DNA from: Neolecta irregularis DAH-3
Taxonomy: Eukaryota
Length of the DNA: 64,000 nucleotides
Assembly: GCA_001929475.1 (NCBI GenBank)
Contig: LXFE01000157.1
Coordinates: 1 to 64,000 of the forward strand
Reading direction: 5' to 3'
The position numbers and the translations under genes are program-made. Shown one piece after another: positions 22,401-36,555 of the stretch. The notes beneath the pieces are model-generated. The model did no database searches and was not told the DNA's origin. It saw nothing but the letters and a program-made list of their open reading frames with translations. Position 1 is the stretch's first letter. Every line of letters begins with the position of its first letter.

Positions 22401-25400
22401 TTTTCCAACGGCATAATATGAATGAATGTTGCGATTTCCTGTGAAAACGGGCCTGAAACTAAAATTAGATAACCGAGACAATTCAAGCTGGAAAGCCAAA
22501 GCAGGCTCGATATGTCGGATAGTTTGGTCTTCCACGAATTTAGGCCCTCGAAATGTCAAATAGCTTGGATAACTATCTCCTTTTCGAAGGACGATGAATG
22601 TAATTCTTCGGAGACGACGAGCGTTAAACTCGGGTACCCAGGCATCTACAATATCTTTGGCGGCTCTTAAAAGTTCCGTATCATCACCTTCCCACTGCTG
22701 TACTCCAATGATAAGTACATTGACGAATTCAAGCTTTTCAATCACACTTGTGTCGATTGATTTTCGTAGTTTTCCCACGACAGGTCCTCCAGTTCCAGGT
22801 CCAGGAAATACCTCGAGTGTTCGTTGAAGGTGGTCTTCAACATCGTAAAGATCCTTCACCGGAAGCATTACTCCAGATCGAAGTGGTTCTGAGGTCGAGG
22901 ATTTTGTAAGAACACTCATATCACTGACCGAAGAGATTCTTCCACGAACTGAGTACGGATTAATGAATCCGAAACTATCGAGACAAGGTGTAGAAGGCAC
23001 GGAGGGAGTTCCTGTGCCGACATTCATACCCATACCAATAGGACCCAATTTGTCCGGTCGTAATTGATATTTCCATGATGTCAGGAACGGAGTCTCACCC
23101 TCAGTGTGGTAGCTGACGGCACTAACATGATAAGCACGATAAGCCCTCCGGATGTAGACTTCAAGTGCCGCAAGGGAGAGCCATGGGTCTTCGTGAGCGA
23201 AAAAGAGTGGAAGAACATCAAAAACCGAGTAACGAGAATCGACAAGTTCTTTGATGTCTTCAATGTATGGAGTGCAATGATCGACCCCGGCATCTCCGTA
23301 CCGAGTCCGGACAACTGACCGACGAAGAATGTGTTCCATTTGCATAGCGCGTTCTTCGAGAGACGGTAGAGCACCTTTAATGAGGACTTCGCGAGCTTTA
23401 AGCGAGACTTTTGAAGTTGAACGAGTTTCCAATTCAGTAATACTTTTCAGGATTGATGTGAAATATGTCGAAATATCTGTCGTGGAGGCTTCTTTCTGGA
23501 GTTTGTCGAGGATAGCGAGTACGAGATTATTCCTGGACCCAACTCGAGCATGAGAAAGGGCTAGTGATCAGGAAAATCGCTTGACATAGGGTCCAAACCA
23601 ATCCGAATGACATGATCGACATTCTCCTTGTTTTCGTCTCGCAACATCAGAATCACATCTTCTTCTCGAACGTGCAATTTGGAAAATAAGCGTTCAACGT
23701 TGTAGTACTGCTCTAGCAAATCAACGAACACGCCCCATTCAGATGCCTTAAGCCCATCCTTGAATCTGTTGGCGACATTGGGGAGTGGTTTCAGTAATCC
23801 TTGAAGTAATATGGCTTCAGCTGGATGAAGATGATGTTCCATAAAGGAATCAAAGGCTTTGATGATCTGTCTGGCCGGGAACTCATGACCTCTGGATTGA
23901 GCTTTCTCAACAATAGCGCTTAGATCTTTATCAAGCTTAGCTGGCATTCTGGAGCTGAGAGCAGAATAAGCAGCCTCCCATTCGCCAAACGGAACTTGAG
24001 GATTTTGAAGGACTTGACTGAGACTAGAAAGCGTCGATGCCATGATAACCTGATTATCGAAACCTTCAAGAATATGCTTGAGTATACCAACGAGAACAGC
24101 ACTTTGTTGAGCCGGCTTGTTTCCAACTATCTGGGGAGGCCCAAGGGGAGGCAGTTGACCTACATATGGTTGGGCATGTTTCACTCTCGATGGATCATCG
24201 AGAGTGAGAATTCCAAGAATATCTCCGGCTTGCAGTGAAGCACCAGGTTGTTGAATAAGTTGAACAATACCATCTTCGGAAGCGACGAGAGGCATAATCA
24301 TTTTCATGACCTCGACTTCGGCGTATGGTTGTCCAGCTTTAATGTGTTCATCACTATCAACTAAGAAACGGACGAGCTTTCCAGGAGATGGGGATCGAAG
24401 TTGAGTGGGATCGTTTTCTTGTTCAAGGAGACAAGTCTTTCCGTCTATCGATAAACGCGTGGCTCCGATTTCTTCACGCCAGTAACACGAGTGGCTTTTG
24501 CCGTCCAGAAGAATGAGAAGACTTCCGTCGACAAGAGAACGAACGCCGACGGAACATTTCGATCCATTAATGAAGAGATGATATGATTCCGCAGAACTCT
24601 TAGCACAAGTAAATCGATATCGTTGCCCCTCGTAAATGAAGTCAACAGGAAAGACTGTCTTCAGGATATCCTTGCTCGGGACTTGTCCTTTCTCTAGTGA
24701 TCGTCGATATTCTGCATAACATGCTTCGCTGGCGACATAGGCCTTTGCAATGGCACCACAAATGACTGCTAACATGGGATCTGGGCGTTCGGCAGTGAGT
24801 TTATTCGAGATAAGCATATCGAGCCATCCCGTCGTGATCGTATTTTCTTCAAAATCGGAAGTTTCGAGTAGTTTAATGAGGTACTCGACGGTTGTCTTGA
24901 AGTCCCCTCGAATAGACATTTCTTTCAGAGAGACTACCATATTTTTTCTCGAAACGCTGCGATTTTCACCGTAAGCGAAGACATGACCAAATTGAGAATC
25001 AGACATTTCGTGAATTCCTTGCAAATAAGCAGATACTGCAAATTTTATATACCTCCAGCGCTCGATACACTGAAGTATCCCCAGACATTAGAACTACTTC
25101 GGAAGTTCAATTCTTGCATCATACCACTAGATGGTTTAAATCCTTCACCGGGGTCTTCACTAGTAATTCGACAAGCGGTACAGTGGCCACGCGGGGTAGG
25201 CCTTCTCTGAGTAGTAGAACTAGCTTCGTTGGAGAAGTCGAAATCGATTTCAGTTGTGAGTTTGGGATCGAGGCCGTAAAGGAGCCGAACATCGCGTATT
25301 CTATTGAGACGAAGCCCCATTGCAATCTGAAGTTGAGCCGCAGGAAGATTTACTCCGGTAACCATCTCGGTAGTCGGATGCTCGACTTGTAATCTGGGAT

Positions 25401-26603
25401 TCAACTCGAGGAAAAAGAATTTATCTTCAGCATGACTATAGAGATATTCAACGGTCCCTGCAGAGACATATCCGACAAGCTTTCCCAATCGCACAGCTGC
25501 TTTTTCCATCGCGTGGAATGTCTCAACATTTGCGATCGTTACTGGTGCTTCTTCAATGATCTTCTGGTGACGACGTTGGACTGAACAATCACGGCCGAAG
25601 AGCGAAATGTTGTTTCCATACTGGTCCGCAAGCAATTGAACTTCGAGATGTCGAGCATTACCTGCAAGTTTCATGATGAAGATCGGAGAGCCGGGAACTT
25701 CAGCTTTGACTTGTGCGTACGCAGTCCGGAAAGTCTCCTCTTCCTCCACTTTGCGAATGCCCTTCCCACCACCTCCCTCCGAAGCTTTAATCATAACAGG
25801 AAATCCAATATTCACAGCTCGTTCAAAACCATCTTCCGCGTCATGGGTACATGCTTTTGAGTATGCTTCATCTGCTACACTGACGATGCCCTCGCTATCG
25901 ATTACGACTTCATCGATACCTGTTCCAGACCATGCCATACACGGAACCTTGGCTGATTGGGCAATAATTGTAGACGAGATTTTATCCCCGAGCGACCGCA
26001 TAGCGGATCCTGGGGGTCCAATAAAGACAATTTTATTTTTCGATGCAGCGAGAGAGTCGGGAAGCCTGGGATTTTCTGATGCGTGTCCCCTTTCAAGTCA
26101 GTTTCAGTTGAGAGATTTTAGGTGCACCATCCGGCCCAGACAGCATGTACACCCATTCTCTCAGCTATATCAACGATGAGAGGTACATTAGAGTAGTTCT
26201 ATTAAAACGTAAGTATACATTCATATGTTATGAGAATCATGTACGTTATTGTTACTTCCGCCAGGTACTTCGACATACTGGTCTGCCATTCGGATATATT
26301 CAGCATTTACTTTTAAATCTTCGGGTGTGGCCATGACTGTAAACTTTATAGCTCGCTCGTCGCCAAATGTTTCGTAGGCCCTGAATCCTCAGAATTTGAG
26401 ATTACACCCGGGTATTACCATTTTCGGACACTACGAATTTCTTTTACAGCTGCAATTCCGTTATTTGCGATGAGAATGCTTGATATGACCGTGTGTCCTC
26501 CGGAATTTGCAATGAAGTCTTTTACAGGACTCGAGGCAGCGATTTCAAGTGAATTTCCCCCCAGAAAATGAGATGCAACAGCTGGCCGGGGAGACTGTGA
26601 CAT
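19498..26603 (-). CDS. ACC1: Acetyl-CoA carboxylase, ~10 exons
   Basis: Contains [33 protein letters not shown], the biotinyl motif EVMKM, and the CT-domain motifs NSGAR and [10 protein letters not shown]. Confidence 0.97.
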
Positions 26604-27631
26604 CCTGCAAGATGGTACAAGACAGAAGGCGCGTATAGGGCGAATAAATGGGGGAGGTTTGAAAACAAAGAGGATGGGGATGGAAACACACGACACTGGT
26701 ATATTAATCTTTTCTGGTTGGGCAAAGGGGTATTCCGTTGGGGAACACTCACCACCTGGGTTGCTGTTCGTGACCAATCACGAGACACCATTGCAACTAA
26801 TATAAGAGAAATAGCTAGCCATAGCTATTAGACCAAAAAGAAAATCACGATCGCAACGGTGGAATTCGGACATCTTGCATCATATCTAGTGCAAGCCAAA
26901 AAGGTGCGACCAAAATGTTAAATTAGTCCTAAAGTTTACAGCGATATACTGCCCATTTTTTAAACTATAAGCTCTAATCACAATATGTTTGGATACCAAC
27001 GCGTGAACGTAATTAGATTCTAAAAGGAAGTAAAATATTATATTCTGAGCAAAGGGTATGAGTCGATTCAAGCCCGAGTTGCTACAGTTCGGTCTGAGAG
27101 ATAAAGAATTTCGCAACAGCTTCCAACCACCGAATAATCCAGTATATAAAATGGACAGGTGATATCAAAAGAGACTTGAAGATAGACAAGGATGCGAGTA
27201 TCGCTCCTAATATATTCTACCTGTGCTCTAGAACGTCAGAAGCCGGCGACGTGGTTGAAGGCAGCCGTAAGCATGCATCCACACACGGGGTGGATTTCGA
27301 GGACAAAGAATGCGATGTGACATGGTTTGGAGGAGTGAGGGTGATAAGGAGATGGCTGGAAGCCTGAGTTTTGGTGGTTAGGCCCCCACAAAAATTCCAT
27401 TAACTTAGGCTGGAATTCGGCACTCAAAACGCGAATTATTCACATATTTTGTTGAGGGCAGCCCCCACACGTGCCTTAAAAACCAGCGGATCAATTAGGG
27501 GCCTTTGATCCGTTTGATTCGGCTTTTGTATAAATACCCCTCTCAGCCCACTTGTCTTTCTAACTAAGGCCTGCTTTGACGTTTCACCAGCAACATCTCA
27601 TCCCAACTAAACAACTCTCAACATCTGAATC

Positions 27632-28031
<400 letters not shown>

Positions 28032-28264
28032 ATACCTCTAATCCAGTGCGTGGTCTTGGATAGCGTTTGGTATTTCTATTTCAAATTCAACTTGTGCTTC
28101 GGTATTTGTATATCAATCGTTAGGAGTTTTGTAAATAGCCAATTAGATGCTACTGCTATCACCATTTTCTTCTGCATATTCAGCACTTCCGTTTGTGTTA
28201 CGTGTTCTTGTTAAAAAGGACCCTGTCAATTTATCTGCGTCCTGCTGGTGGTTCCAGGTAATCA

Positions 28265-29337
28265 TTACAAAGGTCTTTCTTTCTCATATACAACACCAGG
28301 GGTTTTCCCTCCTTTATCTGCATGTCTCCAGGTATCTGGCAATCCAGCTGAAGGATCTTCCTTTGGTAATCCCATTTCTTGCCGGACGCCCAGCACGGCG
28401 TTTCTGAGTATTGAAGACATTTCATTTCGTAGCTCCCTGACTCGTTCCCCATTCCTCAAAACATCTGGAAATGCATTTTCAAATACGTTTCTTGTATTGT
28501 GCTTTTCATCATCACATATCTCTCCCCACCTCTTGACAAAGGGCTCGATTAGTGTTCCAGGTATCGGATTGCCAAAGCGAATCCGCACATCCTTTCGTAT
28601 CCTTGGCACGAATCTTGGCCATTTTCTAGCTTCATGCATAACTTTATCCATTCCTGTAAAGAAGAAAGGAATGACAATAGGTTGTCGTCCCGTAATCGCA
28701 GTAGTTTCGAGTATTAACCTTGATACTCCCCATTTGAAATACCGCATCTCGTACTGAGGATGTTGATGGATTCTTCCTTCCGGGAAAACATGAACCCATG
28801 AATTTCTTTCTGAAAGTAAACGAACGGCATCTCCGATTGCAGGCTGAAAAGGTCCCCGACCGTGTCGGTAAACTGGCAATGTTTGACCTAGATCGAAGAA
28901 TGCGTGAAAAAATCTATAAATTGGCTGATGATCCCAAGAAATTTTGCGAAACCTGTTTGTAAAACAGATATCCACCGACCCAAGCGCATATCTTATATTC
29001 TGCGGATTTGACAATATTCGATATGGTAACAATCCAAATAACACAGGATCATCTATTCTGACCTTCTCGTCAATCAAACGCCCTGAATCTCATTCGGACT
29101 TCCTACACAGATATGTGATTCGAGACTTTAATTATTGAATTAGTAGTCGGCAGTATAAAGAATACCAGTAATAATACCCCGATCTCTATTTTCCAGAAGG
29201 TGTACAATGCGATCTAAACCTTCAATCTCTACTGATCTTTGTAACGACAAAAAGGCTTTTGATATGAGGCCTACTGATAGTAGTGTTGCTTTCGAAAGAT
29301 ACTGCCATGTCGAACTGCGAGGTTGTAAACTAGTCAT
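28265..29337 (-). CDS. TAZ1: Tafazzin (cardiolipin transacylase), 3 exons
   Basis: Contains the HX4D motif SNHISVIDDP (spliced), WVHVFPEGRIHQ and YFKWGVSRLILE. Confidence 0.93.
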
Positions 29338-29538
29338 GATAATCTAGATAGGATGCGTGAAGGTGTTTCTTGGCTTTTGAGTCCAACATCCTCTTCAATG
29401 GTAAGACATCAACGGCGACATTGAAGCTTCGATGCTCCATATCATAATCACTATCAGAAACTCGGAAATTGAACCAAAGTTGCATGAGGTCGTTCAATAT
29501 ATTATCATACTTCGCTAGAAGATCAAAAAGACGCCTCA

Positions 29539-31138
29539 TCACCCATGAGAACTGTAGATTGAACTTTTAAGATAGTTTCGAACGGTCCGATCTCTCTTTT
29601 CACATACGTTTCTACCTTCCTCACTTTGCCAGTATATTCCCCTAATCTCATAATGCTTTAAACTATCCGGCTTCATCTGAACACTATACCCCCCAACTTT
29701 CGGAGTTTTGTAATACCCATTCTGGACTTTGGCAGGAAACAAAAAATGTTCATGGAGATGATCGACATACTCTAAGACACTTTTCTTTCCGGAAAGACAG
29801 ACATAGTCGATTATTGCAAGATGCGACGTGTACTCTGGAAGCCCAATCCCACCAGAGTGTGGAACTATTGGTACAGCAAATCTATGCAGATGAGCGCAAG
29901 CGAACAATGAGAGGCACTTCTTTGCCATCAATAACACAGCGAGAACTTCATTGACACCACCCAATCGACAAGAGTCGATTTGAGCAATGTCAATGGACTC
30001 TGCTTGAAAGAGCTGCTTAAACATAACTCGAGAATGGCAATGTTCGCCGGTAGCTACTGCAATATTAAGAGGTTCGAGTTCTTTGCGGATAGTTGCATGA
30101 CCGAGTATGTCATCTGGAGACGTTGGTTCTTCGATGAACCTTGAGATAAGCAAAATATAAAAGAGTGAAAGCTACCAGGGTTTGAAGTCAGCGAGTTCTT
30201 TCATATAGTCAACTGCTTGTTGGACATCCCATACCTATTGTTTCAGTTTCACCTCGAGGTCGAGTTACTTGATTTGCATCTACCATGAGAGTGTTCCCTT
30301 TGTCATATCCAATGACTTCTCTGGCGAGGGAAAGCCGCTTTTTATCCTTGTTTATATCTTCACCTACTGAGGTTTGGTTATTGGGGTGAATATATACTAT
30401 ATACTTACCTTTCAATTTAAAATAGGTATAGCCTTCCTCTAATGCTTTCTGCAACAGATTCTCAACCTTTTTTTCGTCGTAGCCAAGCCACCCAGCGGAA
30501 GTTGTATACGCTGGGACAGCGCAATTCTTTTCCGCATCTTTAATTCGATCTTCTTTACCAGCCTCCATCTCATTGAGAATCTTGATTGATTCTTCCTGGG
30601 TGATTGCGTCTGTAATATACCGAAAGTCAATACAACGGATGAACTCTTCTGGTGTAAATTCAGAAACCAATTTCCAGACTGGTTTTTGAACGCTCTTGGC
30701 CCATAAATCCCACAAGGCATTAATGACGGCTGCGAGCGCAAGGTGAATTACTCCTTTCTGCGTCCAGTCAAAATCATCCACAGGAACCCATATTCATACC
30801 TCTGGACCGATCCACCGAATCTGGCCCAGGGATAGGTATCTCCATGTATTTCCCATGTTTGCCGTAAGCTCATCGAGAGTCCTGTCAACGAGACGCGGCG
30901 CAAGAGCTCTTATAGCCTCGACGACAACTTGGTTCCCGTCGCCTGAAATTGGCATCCGCAATTCATAGCCCATACCAATTGTAAAGGTCATTCCATGTCC
31001 CTCAAGGTCACAGTCCGTTTTTAAAATGATATAAGCAGCTGAATAATCTCCATCTGGGTTCATGGCATCTGAACCCGCTGAGGTCAATGAAGTTGGAAAC
31101 CGAACATCGTGAACTGAGAAAGATGTAATAGTGATCAT
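29539..31138 (-). CDS. L-fuconate/L-galactonate dehydratase (enolase superfamily, ENOSF1-like)
   Basis: Contains DVRFPTSL, SDAMNPDGDYSAAY, IDFRYITDAIT, AYTTSAGWLGY, MVDANQ, FIEEPTSPDD, ATGEH and LEYVDHLHEHF. Confidence 0.92.
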
Positions 31139-31274
31139 TGCGCAGTGTAATCAACATAATTGTGGGCGAATCAGCCTGAATTTATTTAGTAGAGACGGGG
31201 ATTATGGTGATCACGCGGAGACCAGTGTGTGTTCAAAGAGTGGTATTAAAATTCGACTTCATATATTAAATGTT

Positions 31275-32471
31275 ATGGTTTGCACTCTAATCCTTTCATC
31301 TTGTCCGTCTTCATTCCAGTTCTCTATTGATTTGCATTCATGGACGATTACATCTTCAAGATTCAAGGGAATCAAGAATATTCCATCTGGTCTTCATTTT
31401 ATATCGTATTCATCGGGTGAGGAAGCGGGCTTGAGAAGTGGGGTTTGGATCGATGCAACCAAGGAAAAGCACATTATGGCATGGGATCAGGAAGCGCAAG
31501 AATTTCTCGCGTACAATGGCGATATTTCCTCTGGTTCTTTAATGGCAGTCTAACAGATGTGGCTCTGACAAATGGTAGACCATCCCGAGGTTGCACCTTA
31601 CCTGGCGCCTTATCCACCTTCGACAGTATGGCCTCTCCTTACTTCGTATATACGATCAGACTTGATTGATGAAATTTTACCGAGCTGGAGCATGACATCT
31701 TTGACATCTTCCACTACTGAAGCAGCCCAGCTATCAGATAGACTCCCAGACCATCCAGAAGAAACCCGAATTCGATATACCTCAATACGGCCATCCCGAT
31801 CTTGGAAACCTGGAGCAACGGCAAGCGAAATTACGAGGGACTCAATGGACAAGAGCACGTTACTCGCCTCGTTGGTAAACGGTTCATCATCCCCTGAGAC
31901 AAACTCATCGAAAGATAAATTGGATATACTCGGCGAGATGCAGCTCGCATTTCTACATTTATTACTATTATCAAACTACTCGTCGCTTGAGCACTGGAAG
32001 AATATTATACACGTTTCAACATTTTCGCAAAGCTACTTGCTCGATAATCCCGAATATTTCTCAGAGTTTATTGGTAGTTAAGTCGATGATCTCTTGGTTC
32101 ACGGATCTAGACATTTTGACAGCCCAACTGAAGAATACGCCTGAAGACTTTTGGGTGGATATATTGACCGATTCTTCGTTCTTGCAAAAGACACTGAAGG
32201 CATAACTTCCGGTATTTTTAGCCTTTATACTGAACAACAGTCTTTGCATCACAATATCAGTGAGATATCTCATATCGGGCTCGATAAATCCCTGCAGTCG
32301 CTCCTAGATTTTCTCTCGGAAGCGTATGAAATTGACGTTTTAGACAACAGGGTAACATTCCTAAACGACGAAGATCAAGAACTTGTTTCATTGGATGCGG
32401 AAGACGCTGAAGCTTGGGAAGAGAAAGGCGAATATGCTCCAGTCGTAGTTAACCTTGAAGAATCAGGCTAG
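31275..32471 (+). CDS. AAR2: U5 snRNP assembly factor Aar2, 4 exons
   Basis: Contains IDLHSW..FKGIKNIPSGLHF, ITRDSMDKS, ILGEMQLAF..SNYSSLEHWK and the C-terminal GEYAPVVV. Confidence 0.9.
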
Positions 32472-32508
32472 AACATCACTAGTGATGGTACACTAAATCT
32501 TCAAAACC

Positions 32509-33146
32509 TCAAGTGTCACCAGCTCCTGGAGCTTCAAACTCAATGCCCGGATAGCCACTTCGGGGCATTATCCCCTGAGCTTCCCCTGGAACAATATCCA
32601 TTTCGTTTTTGTGCGGTTCAATTGTATCCACAAACATTGTCTGGTGCAAAGCTTCATCAAGTATTTCTTTATTCTCTCGTTTCCTTTCAGGAGTAGCCAT
32701 TTCCTTTAATAATTAAAAGAAGTAAAATTGAAAGGGATGATACCTCGGAAGTCATTTTTGCAAATGTAGAAGGAGCAAGAGAACCGTTGAGAAGAGATTT
32801 AGATAACAAGGTATTCTTTTTAAGATTGAGGATCCTGGTGTAAACAGATAATTATCAAAAAAGATCTAATACCTTGATCGAACATCATGACGATAGTCAT
32901 TATGCGTCTCGTCATTATGCTGGTGAAAAACATTCGTCTCGATTTCTGCCGATATGTTGGATGCTTCTAAAGGGAATTAGTAGCCCAATAAAAGGTTCTA
33001 CCTGGTATATTTGGACAAGCACCTTGCAAGGCATAGTAAATGGCCTTTCTCGATTTATCTCTGATTTCAGAGCCAGTCTACAGTCAGATCTCGTTCAAGA
33101 ATTCTAGACTCACCTGAAGTTGATCCATTTCGTAAGTTGACATCAT
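32509..33146 (-). CDS. Small (~162 aa) protein consisting of a TFIIS central domain (domain II) only, 5 exons
   Basis: Four GT-AG introns give TGSEIRDKSRKAIYYAL..SAEIETNVF..DYRHDVRSRILNLKKNTLL..LLNGSLAPSTFAKMTSEEMATPERKRENKEILDEAL. No zinc ribbon follows. Confidence 0.8.
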
Positions 33147-33283
33147 TGATCACGTTATCTGTTGGTCATGATCCCTGATAAAGTCGCTAATTAGCCTGGT
33201 AGGCAATTTGGTCAGAGAACAGTCACACAGAAACCTTACCACCAAAATCGCCTAGTTCTCTTTACTTACACACCAATCGTGCC

Positions 33284-33820
33284 ATGGTACAATTTGCAAT
33301 ACGGGGAAAGAACTGACTATTCAAAGCCCCCAAAAGCGAATAAAACCCCTGCTGTTGCAGAAAATATCTCTTTAGGACCTCAGATCAAAGAGGGAGAATT
33401 GTGAGTGCGATGCGCTAGATTGGTCTGTTAATCCCATCTAGAGTATTTGGGGTTGCTAGAATATTTGCTTCGTTCAACGACACCTTTGTCCATGTTACGG
33501 ATTTGACCGGTCGCGAAACGATTGTGCGAGTTACGGGAGGGATGAAAGTTAAAGCCGATCGTGACGAATCTTCTCCATATGCCGCTATGTTGGCTGCCCA
33601 GGACGTTGCTGCAAGATGCAAGGAAATTGGAATCACCGCTCTACACATCAAAATCCGAGCTACCGGAGGAACCCATACCAAGACCCCAGGACCAGGTGCT
33701 CAAAGTGCATTGAGAGCCTTAGCTCGTGCTGGAATGAGAATTGGACGAATTGAAGATGTCACGAGCGTGCCTTCAGATTCTACACGGAGAAAGGGCGGAC
33801 GACGTGGTAGACGTCTCTGA
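33284..33820 (+). CDS. RPS14: 40S ribosomal protein S14 (uS11), 3 exons
   Basis: Contains [48 protein letters not shown] and the C-terminal [11 protein letters not shown]. Confidence 0.97.
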
Positions 33821-34512
33821 GCAAGTGTTTCTTTTCTGCTCTTGTGGAATATATCTTGTGTATGTTGGTGCTTGGAAAGTTCTATGTCGAACATCGGTAT
33901 CACATTTGATCAAGACAGTTTTCAACAAAAAGTCATTGAACACAAAATACCGCTCCTTGGATATTTTATTCTGTCTGTAATTTTCCAGGTACCTGCTACC
34001 ATTCTTGTCGAAGTATTATTTCATTACCATCAGCCGGTGACTCGTGGAGAAAGATTGATATCTTTATTTTCCATTCGTCAGATAATGTTCGCATTGATTT
34101 GACCAATCCCATAAAGGGGTTGGAAATGTTTGATATTATTCACGTTTGAGACATCTGCCAGAATAAATGGTAGAATGTAAATTGAAAATCACATGTAGTG
34201 GGCAAACTCGGGAAGTTAAATGTATCAAAATCAATCAAACAGACGGCTACCTCGGTTGTATCCAGGTCACTTATCAAGCCGAAGTAGGAGACCAAGTGAC
34301 TACCAATAGATCAGATAAGCGAAAAACCGTTTTACTATTTCTATACATTTACGCCGCCTGAAAGCCATCTACAGAAGTTGACGTGAAATGCACGTGAGAA
34401 GAAAGAAAAGATACAAGAAACCAACCAAGGGCAAAAGCACACAGAAGAGGAACCGGAGAGCCAAACACACTATTAATACCCTAGGAACCCCAAAAAACCG
34501 ATAGATGATCAA

Positions 34513-35143
34513 TCATCTCATTCGGCTGTCTCCAGAAGGATTAGCTCTACGCCTTGGACTGAAGGCGAAAGGCGACCCTAGATTCGCCATCGATGAGGAG
34601 GACTTCTTACGACTCTTTGCCAGTCTTTCCGTTGCTATTCGGCCAAGGTGATCTAGAGCTTCGGATTTCGGTATAACTGGTGCTGCCAAAAACTCTGCTA
34701 TCCGTCTCTTGTAGCCGGACTCGGATTGCTTCATTTTGAACTGCATTGCTTGACCTTTGCGTAGCAGGGTTTTCATTTGTTGATTTTGAAGTTTGCGTTC
34801 GACTGATTCCCGTTGAAGGCGCTGGTCAGACTCGATGGTTAAGATGCGCAATTGGAAGAGATGGTGGTTTGCTTCGAGGCGGGAGTTTTTGAGGTCTTGT
34901 TCCAAGTGTTTGATGTAGTCCAGGGCATCCGAGAGACCCTTTCTAAGTGTATCGTTGTCCAGCGAGTCCATACTTGCAGCCAAGTCATCCAAGCACTTGC
35001 GGTCTGGAGTCGGGTGGGTTAAAGGAGGAGAGGTGGTTTGGAGGGGGGCGATCTTGGCCTTTGGAGTCATGGGCGAGCTTGGTGGAGGCGTAGCAGGACT
35101 TCCTTTGTTGTCAGGTACTATATTCAGGTACAGACTTACTCAT
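34513..35143 (-). CDS. Hypothetical coiled-coil protein (fungal uncharacterised)
   Basis: ATGA|GTAAGT...CTGACAACAAAG micro-exon plus a 185-aa ORF with heptad periodicity (SRLEANHHLFQLRILTIESDQRLQRESVE). Confidence 0.65.
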
Positions 35144-35757
35144 TGAAAGCAGGCGACACAGATGCAGAATAAAGCGACAATAAACGGCAAAGGGTAGAGC
35201 AAAGCCGAAGTGGGGGACTGGGCTGATAGGAGAGCAGGAGGTTGAAAAGACCGCAGATGGCCGCGTGGCTGGATTTGCTTAAAATGGAGATGCGCCTCCA
35301 AGTTGCAATCTATTGATAGAAAGAATCACGGAAGAGCAGCAACGCGACTCCTCTATATGCCAGTGCATCTTGCGTCTTAGTCCGCGATCACCACCAGCAG
35401 GAAAGTTGCGTGTCATATTCCCTCTGTGCCATTGCAGCTACCGAATGATCCGCACTGCAATTAACCTCCATAATCAGATGACCCATCCATTATCGTAATG
35501 AGATTAAGACCAGAGAACACATGGGCGCCCCAAAGAGGGGGGGACAGGCCTGCCAGTATTAATTCACATATGATAAGAACTGGAACCGCATCTGAGAATA
35601 TGTCTCGACATCACCTGAACCAAACATGCTGATCTACAACAGTTGCCTGTTTGAAATGGCAAAAGTACTAATATATTGTCATAGCCTTTCTGCCCATCTT
35701 CTATTTCGTGGAAATTTAAAATCTAGTCATTCTAGGTCTGCTATGCCAGCTCACAGA

Positions 35758-36220
35758 TAGTGTCGTGGCCGGGGCAAAGCCCATGCCTAACATGTGACAA
35801 CCAATTTGGGCAGTGGGTGGCAGGGCAGGGATGGGCAGGGTAGGAATATGTTAAAAGGCAAGTATAAATTGCTATATCATGTATATAATTCTTTATATCT
35901 ATCTAAATATTGGCAAGGGAACTGACAGGTGGGTGTGCCAAACAGGCCAAACGGGCGCGCAAGGCAGCAGAGAGAGTCTGGAGAAGCAGGTGAGATTGAG
36001 AAGCGGGTGAGATTGAGAGGCGGGTGAGATTGAGAGGCGGGTGAGATTGAGAAGCGGGTAGGAAGGCGGTTAGGAGGTGGTTAGGGAGGAGACATGGGAG
36101 AAGGGTTAATATCACGTGAAACCCCCCGTTTCGGCCGGGCTTTTTTCTTGGCCCGGCCCATGGGCTTAACCCGCGGGCTTTCATGGGCCGGGCTAAGTCA
36201 ATGGCCCGTCCCCAACACTA
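35758..36220. mobile_element. hAT-type non-autonomous element (MITE), 463 bp
   Basis: Perfect 8-bp TSD CTCACAGA at 35750-35757 and 36221-36228. Imperfect TIRs TAGTGTCGTGGCCGGG / TAGTGTTGGGGACGGG, with subterminal GCCCATG/CCGGCCC repeats. Confidence 0.9.
35989..36056. repeat. 17-bp minisatellite, 4 copies, inside the hAT MITE
   Basis: GGTGAGATTGAGARGCG occurs four times in tandem. Confidence 0.95.
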
Positions 36221-36555
36221 CTCACAGACCATTCCAAACTAAATCACTGACCACTTCTCTTTTGAATACTGTGTTGGTATTAATGAATCAACTCTTTTGT
36301 CCCTTCGAAGTTTGCTATTTGATTGATCAGAATTACCTAAACATGCACTACGCCATTTTCGCCCAATTGCTGTTTTGAACTAGAGGAACCTGGCTCAAAA
36401 AATAACAATCGGTGGCTGAATGTCCTATCCAATCCAAACTCTATAAAATAGGAGAAAACTAGTTGTTTTATCAAAGACTAGGCTCATCCAACAGCCTCGA
36501 GACACCCAAACCAGGTTCCACCTTCCACCACAACCTGGGAAGAGTATATCAGCCA

